The position numbers were made by a program, and so were the translations under genes. A stretch of DNA of 64,000 bases from a virus (taxonomy: Duplodnaviria > Caudoviricetes), in IMG/VR virus record IMGVR_UViG_3300044719_000205, positions 4,702-68,701 of that record; one strand, given 5' to 3'. The notes beneath the pieces were generated by a model that was given only the letters and a program-made list of their open reading frames with translations, searched no databases and had not been told where the DNA came from. This document shows, one piece after another, positions 55,351 to 64,000 of the stretch. Position 1 is the first letter of the stretch. The number at the start of each line of letters is the position of its first letter.

Positions 55351-55731
55351 TCAACCGTCCGTGCCGGGAGCGGGCGCCGGAGCGGGGTCGGCCGGCGCGG
55401 GGGCCGGAACCGGATCGGGCGCGGGTGCGGGGGCAGCCGGGGTGTTCGCCGCGACCGCGGCCGCCAGGGCGTCGGCGCTGGACTTGAGGTCCGCGCTGAG
55501 CTGGTCGAGCGCGGCGCTGTTGTCGCCGGCCTTCGCCGCAGCGATGGCGGCGTCCAGGCGCGAGGAGAAGCCGTTGATGAGGGTGACGGCCGAGGCCATG
55601 ACGCTCTTCACGTCGGTGACTTCGGCTTGGAGGGTCTGCAAAGAGTCCATGAGTTCTGCCTTCAGCTGGAGGATCAGGGTGTACAGGCTGCGTTCTTCGT
55701 CCCGCAGCCACCGGAACATGCGGCTCAGCAT
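55351..55731 (-). CDS. Coiled-coil protein with a Pro/Ala tail
   Basis: Heptads then (PA)n; AAAGG SD. Confidence 0.65.
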   Translation of the reverse strand: MLSRMFRWLRDEERSLYTLILQLKAELMDSLQTLQAEVTDVKSVMASAVTLINGFSSRLDAAIAAAKAGDNSAALDQLSADLKSSADALAAAVAANTPAAPAPAPDPVPAPAPADPAPAPAPGTDG

Positions 55732-55793
55732 CGAAGCACCGCCTTTCAGGGAGAGCGAAGCCCGCCTGAAAGCGGGCCTCGACGTGCAGCTTA

Positions 55794-55808
55794 GATCGAA
55801 CTTAGAGC
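55794..55808. promoter_or_regulatory. Operator-like site (GATCGAA-C-TTAGAGC)
   Basis: Motif copy at a gene junction. Confidence 0.55.
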
Positions 55809-56104
55809 CGTGGCAAGAGTTCGACCAACACCCAGCTCAACGGGAACGCCGCGGTGGCGATCGTCTTGGCGATGCACACGGTCATCGTCTCGTGCTCGTG
55901 GTAGTAGTCCCAGGCCTTCTTGCCGCCGCCCAGGAGCAGCATCACCAGCGCGGCGAACAGCGACGGGTGCGCCATGCCGGCGCTCCAGCCCATCAGCCAC
56001 GGAAAGGCGCCGAGCGCGGAATACAGCACGTGGTTGGCCCAGTCGCGCGGTGCCTGCGGCAGCAGCGTGTCGAGCGGGTCGGTTTCGGTGGGGATGGTGC
56101 TCAT
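55802..56104 (-). CDS. Membrane protein (2-3 TM)
   Basis: Hydrophobic segments. Confidence 0.65.
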   Translation of the reverse strand: MSTIPTETDPLDTLLPQAPRDWANHVLYSALGAFPWLMGWSAGMAHPSLFAALVMLLLGGGKKAWDYYHEHETMTVCIAKTIATAAFPLSWVLVELLPRL

Positions 56105-56454
56105 ACGAGGTGCCTCATGGAGTCAATGACTGCTTTGAAGAGGTAGTCCTTGGTCCGCTGCTCGAGCGGCAGTTCGTGGTACGCACAGAAGCACGGGTGG
56201 ATCTTCTGCACCGGGTCCTTGTACACCCCGTAGCTCCACCCTTCCGCGCGCTTTTGCGCGAGCCAGCTCTCGTGGCTCTGCTCCGGCGTCGCGTCGGGGT
56301 TGTCGAGGTGGAACTGGACGCCGTTGACGGCGCTGCTGCGCTGCCAGTCCGGCGCGTCGAGCCACGCCGGCTGGCTGTCATCGCCGATGCTGCGGCAGTA
56401 CGCACGGTTGACCTCGTGCGCGACCCGGGCGATGTCTTCCTTGGTGATGCTCAC
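56101..56454 (-). CDS. RyR-domain protein
   Basis: IAR.AHE, HESW...K...GW.YG..KD...K.HPC...Y.ELP.EQR.KD; GTGA start 56454. Confidence 0.8.
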   Translation of the reverse strand: MSITKEDIARVAHEVNRAYCRSIGDDSQPAWLDAPDWQRSSAVNGVQFHLDNPDATPEQSHESWLAQKRAEGWSYGVYKDPVQKIHPCFCAYHELPLEQRTKDYLFKAVIDSMRHLV

Positions 56455-56798
56455 TTGTTGCCTTTCTTGGGGAGGTGGAGGGTGCCGCTCGTCTGTTGCG
56501 CGGCGGCCTGCGGCGCGGCCTCCGCTTCGTGCTTCTTCGCCTGCCCGAGCTGGTAGGGCATCCACTCGGCGAAGCTCTGGCCGGGCGTGACGTTGTCGCC
56601 CTCCTGCTTGAGCTGCACGCCCTGGCGGAAGTGCGTGCCGCCGTAGTGGTCCGTGACCAGCAGGTTCACGTTGCGCTCGCTGCGCGTGTACAGCACTTGG
56701 GCGGTGAAGGGCTGCTCAACGTCGATCTGGCGCATGGTGGCGAGGTCGAACAGGCTGGGCCAGTACCAGACGACGCGGCCGACGGTGGGGGTGATCAT
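56451..56798 (-). CDS. Conserved phage protein (ITPTVGRVVWY type)
   Basis: PTVGRVVWY, Q...A.V......VNL.V.D..G, AEWMPYQ; ATGA start 56798. Confidence 0.75.
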   Translation of the reverse strand: MITPTVGRVVWYWPSLFDLATMRQIDVEQPFTAQVLYTRSERNVNLLVTDHYGGTHFRQGVQLKQEGDNVTPGQSFAEWMPYQLGQAKKHEAEAAPQAAAQQTSGTLHLPKKGNK

Positions 56799-57004
56799 GC
56801 GAACTCCTTGAGGCGCGCGTCGACGCGCGCAAGACTGTGGCGCCACGACTGCGCGAGCGCCGGCCAGCTCTTGGTGAAGCGCTCGGCGTCCTCGATCCGC
56901 CGCACGCACGTGGCGCGCAGGGCGAGGAGCGTCGAGCGCGTGATGGCCGGGCGCGCGAGCACCCGATCCAGGTCAGTCGACAGGACGAGTGGGCGCTTAG
57001 ACAT
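56795..57004 (-). CDS. Small basic protein
   Basis: Coupled to both neighbours. Confidence 0.55.
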   Translation of the reverse strand: MSKRPLVLSTDLDRVLARPAITRSTLLALRATCVRRIEDAERFTKSWPALAQSWRHSLARVDARLKEFA

Positions 57005-58061
57005 CGTCGCCGCGCAGCTTGGCGAGGTCCGCCTCGTTGAGCTTGGCGAACTCGTCCTGACTCATCTTCATCACCGTCTCGGCGGTGAGCTTGCCGCCGC
57101 CGTTCTTGTCGTGGTCCTGGCCCGCCTTGTTGATGTTCGGCGGCTGCTTGCCGGCGACCTCGGCGTTCTTCTTGAGCTGCGCCTTGCGCCGCTCCTCGGC
57201 CGTGGCCTTGGCGAGGTCTTCCTTGTCGACGCGCACTTCCGCCTCGGTGGCAGTCTTCTGGCGCGTCGTAGCAGCGCCCAGCAGCACCTTGGCGGCCTTC
57301 TGCACAGCTTCAGCGCGCGTGTACTTGCCAGTGGCGACGTAGCCGTCGCGCAACTCGATCATCTCGCCGGCGAGGTCCTCGTCGTAGTCCTCGTGGTCCG
57401 GGTTGATCTGCGGGTACGCCTGCTCCAGGCGCTCCACCGTGGTGTCGTAGCGCACGCGCTCGTAGGCGCGCGCCTCGGCGGCCTGGATCTGCAGCAGCGA
57501 CTTCGTCTCGCTGATCTGGCGCTCGAGCGCGCGGATCTCGCGCATCTTCGCCGTGGCCTTCTCGACTTCACCGTCGACGAGCAGCTTGTTGTACTCGCCC
57601 TCGGCCTTGGTCAGTTTGTCCTCGGCGGCGGTGATGGCCTCGTTGGTGGCCGCAACCTGCTCTGCGCCCTTGGTCTTCGCCAGCTCGCGCTCCAGCGCCT
57701 CGCGGCGCTCGCGCTCCTTGTTGAGGATCTCCTGGTGGCGCTTGAGAGGGATGCGAGAGTCCTTCTTGCCCTTGGGCTTGTCCTTGTCCTCCTCGTCGTC
57801 TTTCTCGTCATCCTCGTCCTTCTTCTCAGGGTCCTCTTCCTCTTCGTCGCCCTTCTTGTCCTTCTTGTCCTTCAGGCCGACGCGTTCCTTGTCCTCGTCG
57901 GTGGGCTCCTTCGGGTCGGGCTTCTTCGCGTCGTCGCCAGTGGGCTCGAAGTCGTCACCGCGGTCGACAGCGCCGCCATCACCGCCACCGCCCCCGCCGG
58001 CGTCGGCCGGGGCCATGTACGTGATGCCGAGAAATTGGCGCAAGAGCCAGTGAACCTTCAT
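56997..58061 (-). CDS. Capsid scaffolding protein
   Basis: Acidic/charged N-terminus, IP..R...I..K coiled coil, between portal and capsid. Confidence 0.8.
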   Translation of the reverse strand: MKVHWLLRQFLGITYMAPADAGGGGGGDGGAVDRGDDFEPTGDDAKKPDPKEPTDEDKERVGLKDKKDKKGDEEEEDPEKKDEDDEKDDEEDKDKPKGKKDSRIPLKRHQEILNKERERREALERELAKTKGAEQVAATNEAITAAEDKLTKAEGEYNKLLVDGEVEKATAKMREIRALERQISETKSLLQIQAAEARAYERVRYDTTVERLEQAYPQINPDHEDYDEDLAGEMIELRDGYVATGKYTRAEAVQKAAKVLLGAATTRQKTATEAEVRVDKEDLAKATAEERRKAQLKKNAEVAGKQPPNINKAGQDHDKNGGGKLTAETVMKMSQDEFAKLNEADLAKLRGDDV

Positions 58062-60208
58062 TGCCGAACTCCTTGTTTGGGCTTGCCGCCCTGGTTGGTG
58101 GTGGGTTGGGGGTTGCGTGCCTGCTGAATGCGCACGGCGCGCTCGGTGGCGGCCTGCTCAGCCTTGAGCTGAGCGTCCTGGGCGGCCTCCTGGCGCTTGA
58201 TCTGCATCTCGAGGGCCAGCTCGCGCTCCTTGATGGAGGCCTCGTGCTGGAACTTCTGTTCGTTGAGCTGGATGTCGGCGTGCGCCTTGAGCATCTGCGC
58301 GCCCACGCCGTTGTCCTCCGGCGGCGCGGAGGCCTCCTTGTGGGCCTTGACCAGCTCGACCTGGGTCTTCGCCTGCTTGAGGCCCGCGTCGGCGTGCTTG
58401 CCAGCAGCCTCGGCCTGCGTCTTGGCGACCTCGGCCTGCTGCGCCTGCAGCTGAAGCTGCTGCTGTTGCTGCGCCTCGGGGCTCTGCGCGGCCGCCTGCA
58501 TCTTGGCGATGATGTCCTTCTTGTTGAGCAGGCGCGAGGAGTCGATCAGCACCTCGTCGGGGATGCCGACACCCAGCTCCTTGAGCGCGATCGCTTGATC
58601 GAACTGCGAGTCCTCGAGCGTCTCGCGCTGCGGCACGCTGCTGATGACCACGTCGTACTCGCCCAGCGTCAGGTCGTTGAGGATCTGGCCTTCCGGGGTC
58701 GGCTGGTTGATGCCGAACGTCTCGGTGTCGCCGGTCACCTTGTCGTGGGTGATCGTCATCAGCCGCGGCTCGGTGTAGAACTCCTGCACGAGGTCAAGCA
58801 CGTTGCGCGCGAGGATGTAGTCGGTGCGCACGAGGCTGTCCAGGGGCTTGGCGAGGTTCGTCGAGCCCGCCTGCCGCTTCGCCTGGATCGCCTTGGCGGC
58901 CACGTCCTCGCGGTCGAAGCCCTGCATGGAATCGGAGATTCCAGAGATCGACTTGATGTGCTCCTCGGACTTGTAGCTGATCCGGTCCAGGCCCGAGGGC
59001 ATCTGGTTGGGCTGGATCTTCTGCACGTCCTTGTCGGGGTCCCCGTTGACCTCCATCACGAGGCCGGTCTCGGCGCCGCGCTGCTCCAGCTCCTCGATCG
59101 ACATGTTCGTGAGCGCGCCGGCCTTGACCTTCCAGCCGGAGTTCGCCGTCGTGTTGAGGACGTGCAGCTCCTGCGAGGAGACCTTGTTGAGCAGCTCCTG
59201 CGGGCCGATCAGGTTCTCGACCAGCCCGACGGTTAGACCGTGGCGGAAGAACGGGAAGTACGGCACCACGGTGAAGTGCTTGTACGGGCTCCAGTCGTCG
59301 AACAGCACGACGTTGTCGGCGATCACCGTCCACTTGATGCGGTGCACGAGCTTCGGGACCACCTTCAGGCCCAGCTTCTCGACGAACCACGCGATCTTGT
59401 TGCGGTCGAAGTCCTTCGGGATCGGCCGCATGTCGCCCGTCTCGGGGAGCAGGAAGTGCTTCTGGTTGTCGAGGATGCGGTACTGGCGCTCGATCACCCG
59501 GATGTTGCGCATCACCGACGACTCGTCGTAGGTGCCGTTGTACATCGGGTTGAAGCGGTCGCCGAAGCGGTCGCGGAAGCTCTGGATCGAGTCGTAGCCG
59601 TACGGGAAGAAGCTCTGCTCGCGGTTGCGCAGGACCTCCGCGTCGTCCGGGTTGTAGAGGATCGCGATGTCGTCCGCGGTCATCCACTTCGTGACGAAGA
59701 CCTCGTTCCAGGTGTCGGGGTCGTAGTCCTCGCCGTCCGGGTCGACGATGACGTTCTTCGGGTTGAGGTTGTCGATCTTCACCTCGCCCTGCATCGACTC
59801 GTTGAACTCGATGCGCACGTCGAGAAAACCGCGGCTGGTGATGATGCCGTCGGCGAAGCAGTCCGAGCGCTTCCAGTCGAGCTGGTTGTCGTCGCTGATC
59901 TGCTTGAACACCTTCACCAGGGTGTCAGCGATCTCCTCGGGCGCGCCGGAGCGCGGGCGGAAGCTGATCTCGGAGCGGTTGTAGATCTGCTCGCCCATGA
60001 CGTTCGCCAGGGTCGAGATGATCTTGTTGATGGTGAGCGCCGGTCGGCGCGCTTGGCGCAGCTTCGCGCGGTCCTTCTCGTCCCACTGGTCGCCGATGAA
60101 GAAGCGGTTGCACGTGTCCGCCTTCTCGACGTACTGCGCATGCCCGTTGTCACGGCACCATGCGTAGCGGTTCCAGATCCGCATCGCGGTGTGGGTGTCA
60201 ATCGGCAT
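58058..60208 (-). CDS. Portal protein (P22/N4-like)
   Basis: G.QW, RP.LTINKI, F.DG.I..RG, PYFP, L..PQ..LNK, SG.AI, D.T.G.YDV, Q-rich tail. Confidence 0.88.
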   Translation of the reverse strand: MPIDTHTAMRIWNRYAWCRDNGHAQYVEKADTCNRFFIGDQWDEKDRAKLRQARRPALTINKIISTLANVMGEQIYNRSEISFRPRSGAPEEIADTLVKVFKQISDDNQLDWKRSDCFADGIITSRGFLDVRIEFNESMQGEVKIDNLNPKNVIVDPDGEDYDPDTWNEVFVTKWMTADDIAILYNPDDAEVLRNREQSFFPYGYDSIQSFRDRFGDRFNPMYNGTYDESSVMRNIRVIERQYRILDNQKHFLLPETGDMRPIPKDFDRNKIAWFVEKLGLKVVPKLVHRIKWTVIADNVVLFDDWSPYKHFTVVPYFPFFRHGLTVGLVENLIGPQELLNKVSSQELHVLNTTANSGWKVKAGALTNMSIEELEQRGAETGLVMEVNGDPDKDVQKIQPNQMPSGLDRISYKSEEHIKSISGISDSMQGFDREDVAAKAIQAKRQAGSTNLAKPLDSLVRTDYILARNVLDLVQEFYTEPRLMTITHDKVTGDTETFGINQPTPEGQILNDLTLGEYDVVISSVPQRETLEDSQFDQAIALKELGVGIPDEVLIDSSRLLNKKDIIAKMQAAAQSPEAQQQQQLQLQAQQAEVAKTQAEAAGKHADAGLKQAKTQVELVKAHKEASAPPEDNGVGAQMLKAHADIQLNEQKFQHEASIKERELALEMQIKRQEAAQDAQLKAEQAATERAVRIQQARNPQPTTNQGGKPKQGVRQ

Positions 60209-60427
60209 CGCCGACCTCCATCTCGATCGGTTTCGGGAGCTTGCCAGTGACGTAGACGCCGAGGTTCAGGTTCGGCAGGAAGAACCCGACCACCATGAAG
60301 ACGGCCAGGGAGATGAGGAAGAGCGGCTCGAACAGCCAGTGGCGCGGCGTGACCTCGAAGTCGACCTCGCCCGCGCCCATGTAGACCGGGCACAGGCCGA
60401 GCCAGCCCTTCTCGATGAAGCGGATGA

Positions 60428-60431
<4 letters not shown>
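60198..60431 (-). CDS. Small membrane protein
   Basis: One hydrophobic segment. Confidence 0.55.
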
Positions 60432-62859
<2,428 letters not shown>

Positions 62860-62860
<1 letters not shown>

Positions 62861-63417
62861 CAGTCGTCTTCCTCTTCGGTGGCTTCATCCTTGATCTCCT
62901 GCTGGATCAGGCGCAGGAGTTCTGCGTCCGACAGCTTGTTCATGCGCTCCATCACGACGTTGCCGTTGAGCGTGATGTCGACCTTCTTCTGCACCGGCTC
63001 GTAGTAGCCGCACATCTTCCCGATCTCGCGCCAGCCGGCGACCATCGTTGACGGCTCGGCGAGCAATTTCGCCATCTCCACCGCCTCCAGCAGCCCGTCC
63101 ATGACCTTCTTGCGGGTCATGCCGGCCGCCTCCTCGTACTTGCGCTTCTCCTCCTGGTAAAGGGCGAGCACTTCGGGGCGCTTCACGAGCTGGTAGGCCG
63201 CCGCAGCGTTGTCGTTGTAGCCCGCGCGCAGGGCCGCCGAGGTGATCGACTCCCCTGCGGCCCAGTGCTTGATGAACGAGCGCTGAAGCTGCGTCAGCGG
63301 ACGGTTCTGAGAGGTGACTGCGGTGTTGTGCGGTAGCCCAGCAACGCGTTCGGACACCTCCGCGGCATAGCCGGCGGGGCGTCCACGGGTACGGGGCTTC
63401 TTCGAGGTCGCGGTCAT
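62860..63417 (-). CDS. terS: Terminase small subunit
   Basis: LT..Q..F...W..G.S...AA..AGY HTH pattern; MTR.KV.DGL; start at ATG 63417. Confidence 0.75.
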
Positions 63418-63420
63418 GGC

Positions 63421-63700
63421 CCGCGAGTGTATCTCAGATCTAAAACCAAGTCGAATTGGAAGTTTGGAAGGTTCGTCTCCGGGAAATTTTCTAAAAAAAA
63501 AAAATCTAGGTGGGCTCCACAGATACGGCGGGGTGAGTCTCCTCTCCCCCGCTCCCTCGCATGCCACCCCCACTTCGGATTCGCATTCGGGTTTGCGTGC
63601 GAAGGGACTCCAGGATCTCCACCGTTGGTGCTTGTCGCGTTCGAGCCGCAAACACCGCGGCTCGAACTCAAGCTGCATGAGTGTCCTCGATCACTCACTG
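63421..63700. promoter_or_regulatory. Divergent intergenic control region / possible packaging site
   Basis: A12 run 63493-63504, TTGGAAGTTTGGAAGG 63456-63471, C-rich tract. Confidence 0.4.
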
Positions 63701-63709
63701 GAGATCCTC

Positions 63710-63796
63710 ATGCTCACGGTATTCATCGCTTGCTGCTTCAGCGGCTACGTCATCTCGCGTCCCATCGTTCACGCTGTGCGCGCGTATGCGCGTTGA
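63710..63796 (+). CDS. 28-aa hydrophobic peptide
   Basis: GGAG SD; MLTVFIACCFSGYVISRPIVHAVRAYAR. Confidence 0.45.
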   Translation: MLTVFIACCFSGYVISRPIVHAVRAYAR

Positions 63797-63809
63797 TGAG
63801 GAGCACATC

Positions 63810-64000
63810 ATGTCTCGCATGACCAAGGCTCAGCTCATCGAAGAGAACGCCAAGCTGCGTGCGCACTGCGACTGGTTGGAGCGCCAAGTTGCGGCACAGG
63901 GTACGGCTGCGAACGAAGTTCGCGGGGCAACTCCGGCGGCGCGGGCTGCGCGCAACGCCAATACCTGGTTCGATGCGTCGTATCGCGCGGAATATCGCGC
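63810..64000 (+). CDS. Early gene running off the window end
   Basis: GAGGAG SD; MSRMTKAQLIEENAKLRAHC... Confidence 0.7.
   Translation, partial: MSRMTKAQLIEENAKLRAHCDWLERQVAAQGTAANEVRGATPAARAARNANTWFDASYRAEYR

Overview
The window is most of the genome of a high-GC dsDNA tailed phage with podovirus-type architecture. It has no tape measure, sheath or tube gene, but has a P22/N4-like portal and three large predicted ejection proteins. There are two convergent arms. The + arm (1-24547) carries early and replication genes: dozens of small ORFs, a MoxR-like AAA+ ATPase, a DUF3150-like protein, a metallopeptidase-vWA protein, a Cas4/RecB-like nuclease, an SNF2-like helicase, a family-A DNA polymerase, an SSB-like protein, an exoribonuclease, a TraR-like Zn finger, a Xis-like protein, a tyrosine integrase, an ATP-dependent ligase and a dimeric dUTPase. 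The - arm (63417-24815) carries terminase, portal, scaffold, capsid, tail, lysis and ejection genes. An intact attP matching the 3' half of a tRNA-Glu(UUC) indicates the free (excised) form of a temperate phage, probably of a proteobacterial host (inference). Main observations: (1) about 19 unrelated early proteins end in the same helical 'hydrophobic-x-x-R-L-(K/L)' tag, densest around the AAA+/DUF3150/vWA-protease genes, and the tag also appears as apparent insertions in the helicase, polymerase and ligase; (2) a 15-bp palindrome GATC(G/T)AA-N-TT(C/A)GATC precedes both early and late genes; (3) terL switches reading frame at a G6 tract; (4) an ECF-type sigma factor gene sits between the holin and the endolysin. 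All product calls come from motif recognition by eye; no database searches were run.
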